Origin: Eledone cirrhosa
Lineage: Eukaryota
Length of the DNA stretch: 64,000 nucleotides
Reading direction: 5' to 3'
Assembly: GCA_964016885.1 (NCBI GenBank)
Contig: OZ024750.1
Span: forward strand, 19,654,001-19,718,000
Shown here: piece after piece, positions 44,919 through 58,975 of the stretch
Position numbering within the stretch: position 1 is the stretch's first letter
Layout: every line of letters starts with the position of its first letter
Made by a program: the position numbers and the translations under genes
The notes under the pieces: generated by a model
Database searches by the model: none
What the model was told of the DNA's origin: nothing
What the model saw: only the letters and a program-made list of their open reading frames with translations

Positions 44919-45894
44919 AAATATTATTAAAAATTGTATGAAAGAACTGGCAAAACATCCTGTGATTTGTAGAATTTCTACTAATTTATTTCACATAAAC
45001 TTTAGCTAAAATATGGCGAATGAATAGACATGAGTAAAATAAATCATAAATATACAAATTATAAAAAATATAAGGAATGTTTTACTTTTTCAAATGTCGA
45101 ACTGTAATTGCTCTCATTACAACAAATCAGTTTCTATCTCTCTCTGTGTCTCTCATACTCCCTCTGTCTCTGTCTTTCCCTATCTCTCTCGATATATATC
45201 ATGATCAATTGGAGGCTTTTAGGTGAGTTCACACATCATTATGGCCAAGACTCTGGATCCGAGATAACATTCAAATAAATCTATGACGGGTTCCTGAGCA
45301 AACTATATGTGTATATCTTATGATGGTCACGGTCCCAAGAATCCGAGCAGAAAATAGCATTGACAAACGCAAAAGACTGAAGTAAAGGTGTTCTCGGTGT
45401 GATCTGAGAATCGCCTCTTCACCGGTATACACACACACACACACACATACACACACATATACCCCCCCCCCCACATACACCCACACACACCCACACCCAC
45501 ACACACACACATAATATATATTTCTTGCTCATCTTGCTATCGTGTTCAGCGTTCCGTTTACATTCTACGCACTTAGTGTGTTCTTGCAATTTTATATAGT
45601 ACTTCTATTGTCTCATAATTTGCCGAAGCAGAATTTATTGGCTGTTGTTCAAAACCAATATACTTAAATTATATTTAAGTCCTTAGGCACCTCACACGTT
45701 TGATATTAATTAGATTGCTTGGAAGTACATATTTCTTTAGTAAAAACGCTAAAACATAGCTGAAATAATTTTTCAATATCAATATCCACAACAAACATTT
45801 CAAAAATCATAATCCCAACTTTTCTTTACTAAATATCATATTGCTCTTAATAACAAATTATAATCTGCAAATATGAGTTAAAGTAACGATGTCT

Positions 45895-46100
45895 GATTTA
45901 GGCACAAGGCCAACAATTTTTGGGGAAGGGAAGTCGATTAAATCGACCCCAGTGCATTACTGGTGCTTTATTTATTGACCCCGTAAGGATGAAAGACGAA
46001 GCTAATCTCGACGTGATTTTAACTCAGAACGCAAATGCACCGTCAATCTGTGCCACGAAGCAATGGTGTCCGGCCCTCTACCGATACTGCCACCCCTCTG
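45895..46100 (-). mobile_element. SINE S1 variant with an extra gtcgattaaatcgac hairpin segment
   Basis: Reverse complement of S1 with the insert ggggaagggaagtcgattaaatcgacccc. Confidence 0.8.
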
Positions 46101-46499
46101 CCCTACTCTGAGTTAAAGTAACGAAATCAATAATTAAGCATCAATCCAGTATTGTGATCGATTCTCTCCATATTTCTCCTTCATACTTAATATTGGTCTC
46201 TCTTTCTCTTACTAACTTTCTCTTTCTCTGTTTTTTCATTCCCTTTCACCATTTGTTTCTAGAAGAACTTGGCTATGTTCAAACCTTAAGAAAAATGGGT
46301 TTCTGCATGCTTACAATACCTAAGCAAGTTAAATAAATGAAATCTGCTTTTCAAAAGTAGAGTTGAGATGGAGGGTCTGTGGTTTTTCTCACATCAGTGT
46401 GAATAATATTCCAGTTGCATTCTCGATTTCATCTTTTTTTCTATATCTATATATATATATATATACATAGTTATATATATATACATATATACATAGTTA

Positions 46500-46660
46500 G
46501 TTTCAGAAGATCCCGTTAAGGGTGAAAACAGCGATTCTTTGCTTAAAAGTTAATCTTTTATTTTAATAATTGTTTGCTCTTCGGTTTTTATATATTTGAT
46601 ATATATTTTTCCTTATCGAGCCCTCTCTGGATTTTAGTCTTGACATTTATTATTATTACT
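46500..46660 (+). mobile_element. Family B element, collinear copy
   Basis: cagaagatcccgttaagggtgaaaacagcgattctttgc..ggattttagtcttgacatttattattattact followed by (TA)n. Confidence 0.8.
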
Positions 46661-46683
46661 ATATATATATATATATTTATATA

Positions 46684-46823
<140 letters not shown>

Positions 46824-47982
46824 GAATAATAATTTCGTTTGCTGCCACTGCGGAGTTTGAAAACTGAAGTTTCAACCAAAACAGGATGCGTTTTATATTC
46901 AATCTCACAATTACTGAGTCCTTTAGATATATCGTATGGAATTCTTTTTATGGCATACGGTTCTTCTAATCGAGACGATAACAGCATCCGTAATAATGCT
47001 TTGATATTATCTTGTTTATATACATCATCGTTTTAAACTGATTTGTATATAATAGGTTTTATTATAATTTAACTGACCGTAAAGATAATTGTTGAAAATC
47101 GTAATATAGAATATTCTTTTACTTTCTTTAGAGGATAAATGCATAATTCAAATCACATATCTTTTTAATTAATCATTTTTTATAAGATTATTGTTTAAAT
47201 ATAAAGAAGAAATTCAAATTCATATAATATTTAACGATTTGTGGCCTTTGTTTATATTCTTTACATATTTAAATGAACTTAATTTCTTCGCATGATATGA
47301 ATAAGTTCTCAATACTCTATACACTAATATAAATTTCCATTGCGTATTTAGCGTATATACTTGATTTATTTCCATTAAATATTTGTTGTAAAAAAAGAAT
47401 ATACATACTTTAAAATTCATATAATCTTTCCTTCTTCATAGTACATTATTCTCTTACATTTTTATTAAAAAAATGATAACTTCTGTTTATATATCATTAA
47501 TATTTTCCCCTTTAATATATTTTAAAAATCATAGACAATATGCTAAAACTATTTAATATCGACGGCAATACCCATTATGTTTACGTCTTTTGAGTCCCAG
47601 ATAGCTATGCCATAAATGCCAGGACTACAGAATATATAACCAATAAAACAAACTGAGAAATTCGCTTCATGATAAATTATTGGCGTTCATAAGATATACC
47701 TTATATCTTTTATCGCTTCCTGGCACGTGAAAATGATTAAAGATAAGAATGCTACTTTAATAGTATATTTCTAGGATATAATTACATAGATGTTCATTAT
47801 ATATAAGAAAACGGTTATAACTTCGAATAAATATCTATTTACAGGGACAATTGTTCGATTAAAAACCAGGGCCCTGCCATTGGAAAACGAATTCTGTATT
47901 TAAGCTACAAGAATGACATATGCGTATGGTTGAGTGTCTAAATTCTAAAGAGTTACAGTTTCATAAATATAGGTAAAATGGA

Positions 47983-48013
47983 AAGAGAGAGAGCAAGATA
48001 GAGAGAACGAGGA

Positions 48014-48050
<37 letters not shown>

Positions 48051-48069
48051 GATAGATAGATAGATAGAT

Positions 48070-48152
<83 letters not shown>
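47983..48152. repeat. (GA)n/(GATA)n microsatellite
   Basis: Direct reading. Confidence 0.95.
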
Positions 48153-48154
<2 letters not shown>

Positions 48155-48824
48155 CGGTAAAGTGAGATAGAAAAATAAACAGATATGTTACGGCTTCGGT
48201 AATTTATTTATCCACATAGAAAGGATAAATGACAATGTCAACTAAGTGTGATAAGAACTAAGACCACAATAAACTGCAACAAATGGCGAAATATATTTAG
48301 TCTGTCTGACACAGTAACAGCACATTTTTACACGCAAAGAAAGAAAATGTGAAATTGGAAAAAAGAAAAATGTTGTATGAAATATCCTCAGCGATTCTGC
48401 AGACAACAACAACCGCCGCCATGTCACGTGGAAATCGTAGACATATAACACATTTTGGAAATCACATCGACTACAACCAATAAATTTAATCTGTGATTCT
48501 AATTCTCATTTTCCTGTTTATGCTGTTTGGTTCCGTCGTCTTTTTAGCCATTATCTTCGATTTCAACTCCCACCTCACATCCTCCGTTTCGTACCCCACC
48601 ATCCCCGTCTCCACCCTTCTAACATATATCACTCTTTGATATGCCAAATATTTTCGTTGCCATAGAAAAGCCGCATTAAATTTTCTACAGTCAAACTGAT
48701 CAATATACATTTTGTTTATTTGTGTTATATTATAAAATAAAACACTACCAGAATTAATGTAATATATTGCATTTATTTTTCATTATTATTGTTGTTGTTG
48801 TTGTTGTTGTTATTATTATTGTTA

Positions 48825-48859
<35 letters not shown>

Positions 48860-51181
48860 GTTATCATTATTATCAAAGCTGTTGCTTTTTATCGTCGTTG
48901 TTTTATATTATCATTATCAATGACTTTTTTTTATTAAATTTTATTTTTTCACTTTTCTTAATTTCATTTCAAGACTTCCCAAATTTACTCACACGATCAT
49001 TAAATTTGTGATTTAAAAAATGTAAACAAACAAAAAATACAACTACTCTGTAATTTTTGTTTTCAAAGTATTGTTCTTTTAAATTTAGTTGAAAAGTTTA
49101 TATATTTTTCAATGAAATTTAAATTGTAAACAAATATATGAGAACTAATCATTAATAAGAAAACGAATGAAAAATCCTAGAAACTTTAAAATCGATTTAC
49201 AAAACTCTCAGTCGTACATACAGAAATAATCTAATTATATAATGTGGGTGTATATAATACAATACATGAATATATATAGGTATGTATATATAAATATACA
49301 TATACGTGTATTTACACACACACACATATATATATGTATGTATATATTAGTATATGTATGTTTCCCTCCCTCCTCTCTCTCTCTCTATATATATATATAT
49401 ATGTGTGTATGTGTGTATGTTTGTGTGTGAGTGTGTGTGCGTATATGTGTCAGGTCGCGCTTTAGTGCTACAGCTAACATATACAGCAATACAACCTCTG
49501 CATAGTCGACTCCTCAACGACCCAACCGGAAACCTCACCAAACTTTCTTTGTGAGAAGGAAGATTTTGGACACCCTGCAGGATGGAAGAAAAAGTCAAAC
49601 GGCGGAGTAACTCAGGAGAATCAACGGCCATTCAATAATTTTGTTTTTGTGGAGCGAGAGACTCATAGTCTTCAGTAGAATATATCTCAAGTAGAAGGAC
49701 AGAGCAATATAAAAGCTGCGACTTCGTTTGCATCCAATGGTGTAGGCAAGATCTTCGTTTTGGGCAAATGCATTCGGTATTCAGAGAATGGGTTTGGCCC
49801 CGAGCAAAGCCTTTCCTTTCTTAATAAATCTTCAATCACAGACATCCCTTGATATGTTACAATTTTGGCGATGCATGTTATTGATGGTCATAGGCAAGTG
49901 CCTCGGACCAGAAAGCTACATCCGTGAAGCACGTGCTTAAGTATCAAGTAATGGCATTACTTGAAATCGAGTTGCAGCTATCATCATGTCTATATACGTA
50001 AGTATTAGTCCCATAACGCAGGATTTGAGGCTATCATTTGATAATGCCATAACCAGTATCCTACTAATTGCCACTAAATTACTTTTATCTTAATTTTAGT
50101 TTTATATCGTGCATCTTTTTATCAGCTATGTGGGTTTCCTAATTCATGCTAAGATCCACCGGTACCATATGAAGTGCATTGCATCGTGCTGATATATTTC
50201 TATTCCTGTTGTTAATATTTTAAGAAATATACTTTGAGTGGATAGAGGAAGATGCATACATTAATGTGGTAACTGTGGTATGCACGTTGTAGGGGTCATC
50301 TACATGGTATTAAAAGTATATTATACCGACATTCATTCATATATAGTACATTAATTCATACGAATATTTGATAATACTGTTGGGGTACACGCCATTGCAT
50401 GGAATCATTATTTGCCAATATCGATATAGACACTAATCAATAAGAGCTTAAAATTATTTATTAAATGCAACACTATTTTATTTTCAATCACTATTGACAA
50501 ATACATCTAAACCAGTAATAATTGCGCTCTGCATTGTCATGGGAATCCGAGAACGTCAGTAAAACGAATGCACTAAAATTGCCTCTTATTTTTCCGGAAT
50601 CTAATTGACCTCTCGACAATAAGTTTAAATATTTCTTACTATATTCATTTTTATAGGTGATAACTATTTGCTTTTCATGTGAAATGCACCCCTGTATTAT
50701 TTCTACCAATTTATTTTGCAACTTGCTATGCCCATTAGTATTCGTACAGTATCTTTCAGTAACTCTGTGCTAAGTGTTGTTAAGATTATAGTTCGCTGAA
50801 AAGCACTAATACAACCATAAGATGATGAGTTGACCCGTTATTAATTCCTCACTGAATATCAACATTCAGATTTTAATTAATTCTGATTAATTTAAATTCA
50901 AATTTAATCATAAGATCAATGATGTTTTTCTGCTCACAATCTATGTAATTTTAATCAGCTAAAATCTATTCACGCAGTTCTTTAATTTACTATTCATATT
51001 AACTATTCATATTTCACACATGCGGTGTCTCTGGGTGATTTCCCAGTAGAGGCGAATGATTCGTCTGTCTATTATTAAGGCAAGAGCAGGTTTTTAATTC
51101 TGAAGTGGGGTTATGATTCAACACTTTCGATAAAATGGCTAAATAATTTGCTGTCTACAAATTATTTCGAATCTGATAATA

Positions 51182-51366
51182 TTGGCAGCATCGGTAGGGT
51201 GTCGGACACCATACTTTGCAGCATAGAATTATGGCCCTTTATGATCTGAGTTCAAATCCCGCCGTGGTTAACTTTGCCTTTCATCCTTACGGGGTCGATA
51301 AAATAAAGTACCAGTAATGCACTGGGGAAATTGTTGGCCTTGTGCCACAAATAGAAACAATTATTA
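51182..51366 (+). mobile_element. SINE S1
   Basis: Full S1 head, core and tail. Confidence 0.88.
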
Positions 51367-51782
51367 ATACAATCAGATGTTAAAGACATAACTGACATAT
51401 TTTCTTTGTATTAGTTCATATGTAATATGAGTTTTATTGTTTAGTAATTCGAATTGTAATTTGAGATATATATTTTTTTTTATGCCTGTACTGTAGTCGA
51501 CCAGCTACATTAAATACATCTCGTTCGTTCGTGGCTCATTCTTTGTTTCACAAAATTGCTGTTGGTCAGGCAGTCAAGATTGCATTGTAGACAAAAGTTC
51601 AACCATTATTTCGAATTCTGAGTTACTTATCAGAAAGAATTTGTATGCCCACTTTCACCCAATTGATAATTTTTTTCTGTAAAGTCTAATCTATGGATAA
51701 CATCCTGGGGTTCACTTTCTCTCAATTTGGTCTCACTTGAGGATCCAGGCGGATGTTTTCTTTTTGTTGATAGGACTCGTTG

Positions 51783-51907
51783 GAAGAAGAAGAAGACGAA
51801 GAAGAAGAAGAAGAAGAAGAAGAAGAAGAAGAAGAAGAAGAAGAAGAAGAAGAAGAAGAAGAAGAAGAAGAAGAAGAAGAAGAAGAAGAAGAAGAAGAAG
51901 AAGAAGA
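51783..51907. repeat. (GAA)n microsatellite
   Basis: Direct reading. Confidence 0.97.
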
Positions 51908-52551
51908 TTGCATTTTTTCCTGTTGAGAACAATGCTGAAGTAAATATCTGTGTACTGCGAGTAAAAGCGTCACGATGGCAGACCTTTTTACTGCACAATT
52001 ATTTCCCTTTTAACAGCTTCTGGAAGTGAAAAATGTTCTTTTGATATCCCACCTTTGTGTTTTCAAATTCTATAGCTGCATTTGAGTATTTCTAAGATGA
52101 AAACTAAGACAAAACAAATAGAGTAAAAGACTGAAATTTCATCAGATTCTTACATACAGTAATATTAAGGAGGCTGAAATTACAGACATAGCAGTAGAAT
52201 ACTCCCCTTCACCTGCTGAGAAATTTCGAACGATTTTTACTATCAGATAGGAGGTGTAATATTGAAGGCAAAAACTGTTAATATATAGCTCTTTCTTTGC
52301 TGGAATAACAATAGAGTCTTAGATATATTGGTTTTATGTTTTCAATCAAGCCTTGTTTATATATAGACATCTGAAAAATAGATTCAGTAAATCACACAAA
52401 AAAATCTAGAATGAAATGGATCTTTTATTTCGAATCATTGTTTATGTTAATATATTTAAATATTTCTCTGAGATGTTGTTTAAAGCTATATTTGTTCATC
52501 TCTCTCTTACGTGTTTACTTTATATATCTATAGTGCTATACTAATTGGTGA

Positions 52552-52657
52552 TTTAAATATATTTAGAACAGTCAGTTCGGAATGTTCAAAAACTCAATGA
52601 ATTAAATTCATTGAGTTTTTGAAACATTCCGAACTGACTGTTCTAAATATATTTCAA
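52552..52657. repeat. Near-perfect palindrome of about 105 bp
   Basis: aaatatatttagaacagtcagttcggaatgttcaaaaactcaatgaatt and aattcattgagtttttgaaacattccgaactgactgttctaaatatattt. Confidence 0.92.
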
Positions 52658-52709
52658 TCCCCATTTATCTTACACTTCTTGCCATTTCTATTTCTTCGTA
52701 AACTTTTAT

Positions 52710-52770
<61 letters not shown>

Positions 52771-52771
<1 letters not shown>

Positions 52772-52804
52772 GGCTTGAGCTCTGCCGTCGGGGTCATACT
52801 TGTT

Positions 52805-52807
<3 letters not shown>
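52771..52807 (+). mobile_element. 37-bp family G fragment (HHR stem III and cleavage site) inside (TA)n
   Basis: cggcttgagctctgccgtcggggtcatacttgttcc. Confidence 0.8.
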
Positions 52808-52885
<78 letters not shown>

Positions 52886-53975
52886 TTCTTAGGTATGATA
52901 GTTTACGCATATTTTGGCATCGTTTTTTTTTTTTTTAAATTCGATGCGCGGTATTTCCATTATTTATAGCTTAATTATCTATAAGATAACTGTGTATCAC
53001 CACTTGTATATTGCAATTGCTTCAAACTTTGAGTATTATTGTTTGGGAGAATAATTTCCCTCTATATCTTTGTGTGCTGGTATGCGCGCGTGTGTGCCTG
53101 TGCCTCTGTATGTGTGTGTGTGTGTGAGTTTATATTTGTTTGTGGCTCAATATATTTCTGGATGTATCTATTTGTGTACTATATTTTATATGTATAATAT
53201 TAAATGTATAACCCGGAGTTTATGAATTTCGAACGATTTACTTTGGTGTGTATATGTTCGTTATTAAAATGCAGTCCATCCGTCTTGTTTTCGAAAGCTT
53301 ATTTTATATTTATTTTAAAGTTGTTGTTTCCAGCAATTTTTTAAACTACATTTTCATAAGCAGATAAATCTACACTATACCTTAAAATACTAATCTCATC
53401 TCTTCTTGTATTCTCCATAGTACATAAATGTGACATGTAACAAGTTTTTGTAAGAGGTTATTTTATTTTTATTCTGGACAATATATCACTTTGACACGTA
53501 CTGCCATTTTTCTGTCTCCAGTCTAGTATATTAGCAAGAACTTCATTGCAAACCTAGATTAAAACGTAACATTTTCATTCATGTTTTGTCCACGTAAATT
53601 TCTTTCTCCTGACATATTAAGAAACGTCTGCTTGAAATTCTATTTTCTTTTAACACTGGAAAACATTGCGAATGCTCATCGATAATATTATTTTAATTAA
53701 ATTGGTGTCAGCTTCCCTCTCAATTGAGAAACGTAGATATAACGAATAATAATAAAAAAAAAAGAATCTCTTGTACTTCTACCATAGAAAACTTTTAAAT
53801 TCCCAGATGTAAAAGTACTTTTTTGTTCTGGGGAATTATACCTAATAACCTAAGCTTGGAAATTGCTGACATTTTTCTTTCCAAAAACTGAAATATATAT
53901 ATATATACCCCATTTACACAGACTATATATATGTGTGCGTGCGTACGTGTGTGTGTGTAGAATGTAAATAACAAT

Positions 53976-54226
53976 CAAAGGGTGTTTAATCTTTCAAACA
54001 TTTAATGACTAACGATCGTTTCATCCTAGCACAAGGCCGGTTTCACAGGAGTTAATTACAAAAGTTAAACACAAATATAAGATCATTTTATTTGTGTTTA
54101 ACTATTTTAATTTACTCCGATGGATGCGCCCTTGTGCTAGGATGAAACAATCGTTAGTCAGTAAATGTTTGAAAGATTAAACGCTCTTTGTTTACAATGT
54201 ATTTCCGCTCTGTATTATTACTCACC
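53976..54226. mobile_element. Family H foldback element with a decayed HHR on each arm
   Basis: Inverted arms across 53976-54190. Both carry ccttgtgctaggat-GAAA-c(g/a)atcg-TT-agtc. The tail ends at TA near 54227. Confidence 0.75.
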
Positions 54227-54241
54227 ATATATATACGAATA

Positions 54242-54348
54242 TAAACACCGATTGGAAAGTTGCTTTGAAATGCCATCGTTTACATCAACAAAGACGTCCA
54301 CTAACACCACTAGGAGGCGTGAAAACATACACACACGCATACACACAC

Positions 54349-54381
<33 letters not shown>

Positions 54382-54405
54382 TAAGTATATATATACTTAT
54401 TTATC

Positions 54406-54485
<80 letters not shown>

Positions 54486-54534
54486 TAAGTATATATATAT
54501 ACTTATATATCTATGTATATATATATATATATAT

Positions 54535-54565
<31 letters not shown>

Positions 54566-54573
54566 GTCTTTAA

Positions 54574-54662
<89 letters not shown>

Positions 54663-54868
54663 AGTATATATATACTTATATATATATTAATATATATATA
54701 TATATATAAGTATATATATACTTATATATCTATATCTATATATATATATATATACATACATGTATGTGTATGAGTGTGTGTATGTTTTCATGCCACCTAG
54801 TGGTATCATTGGACGTCGATGTCGATGTAAATGATGGCATTTCAAAGCAAATTTCAAATCGGTGTTTA
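54242..54868. mobile_element. MITE-like element: imperfect TIRs of about 95 bp around a microsatellite core
   Basis: taaacaccgattggaaagttgctttgaaatgccatc.. and ..gatggcatttcaaagcaaatttcaaatcggtgttta. Confidence 0.7.
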
Positions 54869-56055
54869 CATTCGATTTAAAATTGGTTTTACTGTGTGTA
54901 TGGGCGTATGAGGATCTTGTGGGTATGATTGTTCGTGTGCAGAGAATTAAAAGTGAACAGAAAATGATGGAATCATTAACGAAAGCTATGGAATTATTTT
55001 TGAAGCTGCATGAATTCACTGTCTCTTATACATGTTTCAATACACCGAAAACACTTCAACGTTTTCGTTGGAGATCCACTTTAAATATGAACTTTTCCAT
55101 GTGTCATTTCCATGGCATTAGGAAAAATTTGGAAATCCAATGTACGAAACAAATTTTAAATCACCTTGTTTAGAACAAAAATAGAGCCTATCCTGCACAA
55201 TATTTCTGAGAATTGCGCCTTCCACACTCGCCAGAGAGCTATTTAGATACATGTTACACTCCTCCCCCTGAGAAAGTCTCAAAATAGTTTTTGGCAGACC
55301 AATCCCACGCTTAATCATATATACGGAAAAAATTCCAAAAGTTAGAACACGATTGATTGAACGTCGTACGAAGTTGCCTGTCACTGCTCCCGTGAAAAGG
55401 ATTAGATGGTTTCAGAAAACTTGTAAGAAATCTGTAGTAGAAAGCTTAGATACCAGCGCACCATAGGGAGAGACACGGGAACTCACAAGGTGGATCTACA
55501 ATCCTTCATGGAAAATAGAGACTGTTGACCTGAATTTGCGATTGCTTTCTCGCCTAATAGTGATCAATAGGCAATACAGATAAATCATGTATGATATGCC
55601 AACTTCTTATGCTTATCCACTAAAAACAATGTTTGGTAGAATACAGCATTGTATGCAAACAAAACTTCATTTACTTACTGCAACTAATAATTACAATAAT
55701 TGGTTTAACAAGAGCCGTAGTAGTAGTATTAATAGTATTAGTAGTAAAAATCTAATGTAGTGTATATAGTAAAATAATTTGTATTGAGTTATATAACATC
55801 ATATTTTTGTCATGCACAATTGACATGTGACCAATTTCTATGATCCAAATTATCATATATTCACACATACACACACACGCGTGCACAAACACACACAAAC
55901 ACGCGTGCACAAACACACACGCATAGACGTGTGTGTATATATCCCCCACATTCTCTCTCTCCCTATCCCTCTATATATGTATATATATTCTGTCTCTCCC
56001 TCCCTCTCTATATATGTATATATATATATAGAGAGAGAGAGGGAGAGAAAGAGAA

Positions 56056-56100
<45 letters not shown>

Positions 56101-56102
<2 letters not shown>

Positions 56103-56256
56103 AACCAGTAAGACCCCTGTCCAGAATTAGCCGTCGAAACGGCTTGAGCTCAGCCGTCGGGGTCTTACTGGTTCCTATTACCCACTCTACTACCCTAAGT
56201 TTTGAGTACTTTGGTGCGTTATAGTCCACCTGGTTCCTTACCACATTTCCTTCGTT
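56101..56256 (+). mobile_element. Family G element with a 17-bp 5' inversion, inside (TA)n
   Basis: ggaaccagtaagacccc is inverted to ggggtcttactggttcc. HHR 3' half tagccgtc-GAAA-cggc..gccg-TC-gggg. Confidence 0.85.
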
Positions 56257-56259
56257 ATA

Positions 56260-56370
<111 letters not shown>

Positions 56371-56710
56371 CAGGAAAGAAGAGTGACACGGTTTGCTATA
56401 CAAAAAAGGTTTTTAATCTAATTGCTGACAATTGTTTCTCCGAACTGGTAGGTCTAGAGATGGCTACCCGCTTGTTTTCACGTTATTCGATCACCAATAC
56501 AAAGTTATAACCGGTCAATTCATCGGAGCTTGTGAGAATGAAAGGGATTTACAGGCATGGCTACTATATATAGTAACCCACTACCCGGTGTACCATTACT
56601 GGACTACACTTAAGTGGACTACCTAAAACAATAATCTGTTACCCCGTATATATATATATATGCAATTGGTATTAAATAAATGGAAACTATATTTATAAAA
56701 CCATATTTAT

Positions 56711-56767
56711 TCTATTATATATATTTCAAGGGTTACCAACGATTTTGGTACGCTATCATCAGATAAA
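56711..56767 (-). ncRNA. Minimal type I hammerhead ribozyme (family J)
   Basis: Minus strand: tttat-CTGATGA-tagcgtaccaa aatcg ttggtaaccctt-GAAA-tatata-TA-ataga. TA run about 50 nt downstream. Confidence 0.72.
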
Positions 56768-56951
56768 TTACAAAATGTTTTATAAATATTTGACAAGACC
56801 AAGGATGATATACATTAACGGGTCAAGTTATCCCTGGCAAGTAATATCAATTGAATACTTACTCCAGAAACTCTGTCGAGTGCTTTGAATCAGTTGTAAA
56901 CATCTATATTTGTTGGATTTCCAACAAATTAAATATCTCTGATACACACAC

Positions 56952-56984
<33 letters not shown>

Positions 56985-57001
56985 GATATATATATATACA
57001 C

Positions 57002-57221
<220 letters not shown>

Positions 57222-57230
57222 ACATATATA

Positions 57231-57423
57231 GGAAAATGTTTGATCCCGACGGCAGATTTCAAGCCATTTCGACGGCTATTTCTAGAGTCCAGAAATAGCC
57301 GTCGAAACGGCATGAGCTCTGCCGTCGGAGCCAAACATTTTCCTATTACCCACTCTACTACCCTACGTATTGAGTACTCTGGTGCGTTATCGTTCAGCTG
57401 GCTCCTTACCCACACCACCTTTG

Positions 57424-57425
<2 letters not shown>
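57231..57425 (+). mobile_element. Family G subfamily element with a ~55-bp foldback, inside (TA)n
   Basis: ggaaaatgtttgatcccgacggcag..ttcgacggctatttct pairs with agaaatagccgtcgaaacggc..ctgccgtcggagccaaacattttcc, then the G tail. Confidence 0.85.
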
Positions 57426-57467
<42 letters not shown>

Positions 57468-57487
57468 TACATATATATATAGAGAGA

Positions 57488-57526
<39 letters not shown>

Positions 57527-57529
57527 ACA

Positions 57530-57574
<45 letters not shown>

Positions 57575-57940
57575 TCATATATATATATATTTACATACCT
57601 ATATACCGCCGGTTCTGTACTGCATATGTGTGTACTGCATATGTATTAGCATATATTCGATATCAACTTAGTGTAGATAACCTGCATTATTTAGTAACAG
57701 ATTTCCTTAGAATGGATTCCTAGTCAGTTCATTATATTCATATCTATATATATTACTTTATCATTCAAATATTATATTCTGCATATCACATTCTAAATTT
57801 TTACCAGGAAGAACAAAATGTATCAATATTTCTTTAAATATATTACAGGAATTTCAATAATATCAGAAGTCCTTTCAAAAGTTGTATTTTATGAATTTTA
57901 TTTTATGTTTTATTAGTTTATTTATTGGTGAAGCTGCTGT

Positions 57941-58020
57941 TTCTTCTTCTTCTTCTTCTTCTTCTTCTTCTTCTTCTTCTTCTTCTTCTTCTTCTTCTTC
58001 TTCTTCTTCTTCTTCTTCTT

Positions 58021-58098
<78 letters not shown>

Positions 58099-58121
58099 GT
58101 TGCTGGTGTTGTTGTTGTTAT
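57941..58121. repeat. (TTC)n-(TTA)n-(TTG)n compound microsatellite
   Basis: Direct reading. Confidence 0.97.
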
Positions 58122-58472
58122 TGGTGTCCTTTCTCCATTATCTAGAAAGCAATATATTTCAGTTTTCATAATGTATATTGTTTATTTCCGACGTAGATAT
58201 TCTATACAAAGCATCTTTAAAAAAAGTATCATATTTTAGTTTAGTTTACTTCTTTCCTATTTTTTTCCTTTTGCATTATAAGAATTAGAATTAACAATAC
58301 TAAAATTTTCTGTAATGCCATCAAAGTGAGTGTATATATGTATTTTTGAGTTCATATATATATACACACATAGAAATACATACATACATATATATATATG
58401 TATGTATGTATGTATGCGAATACATATCTATGTAAAAACGCACAACTGACACACTTACACACTAATATATGA

Positions 58473-58553
<81 letters not shown>

Positions 58554-58554
58554 T

Positions 58555-58870
58555 GCTTTGGGAGGGTCATGTTGCAAATAAGAAACACACGCACCAGTTG
58601 CTTTCACTTCAATTTATTATAAAATAAATTTATAAATTTAGGAATTTATAAATTTAATTTATAATAAATTGAAGTGAAAGCAACTGGTGCGTGCGTTTCT
58701 TATTATATATATACATATATTCTGCTTTGTATTGCGTAATTTACTTACTGTGTTTACCATTGATTAAACCCGGGATAAACTTGGTTGGTTTAATAACCGC
58801 ATGTTACTTTCTATATTGTCAAAGCTCTTTCGTGACACAATCCATGATTTCCTCAGGGGTAATTTTTGCC
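58555..58870 (-). mobile_element. Family E/F element with an internal foldback and a decayed HHR (58816-58860)
   Basis: Inverted arms across 58578-58703. Minus strand reads CTGAGGA..cac-GAAA-gagc-TT-tgac. Confidence 0.7.
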
Positions 58871-58975
58871 TCTCTTGTGTTATGTCTTACATCATCTTGT
58901 TTTTGTGATTTTAGTCGACGCTGCCTCGTATGTATGAATTCTTCGTCAATTTCGTTTAGCATTTGAAGAATTAAA

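Noticed and set aside
46915-46978. Possible decayed HHR on the minus strand (tagaaga..cgtatg/catacg) near a TA run
   Set aside because: Both core segments are non-canonical and stem I is unconvincing.
51182-51262. tRNA-like A and B boxes in SINE heads as tRNA genes
   Set aside because: No cloverleaf, and they are always joined to the SINE core and tail.
54862-55400. ORFs with a CHFH motif suggestive of a MULE transposase
   Set aside because: A single short motif with no other recognisable residues is not enough.
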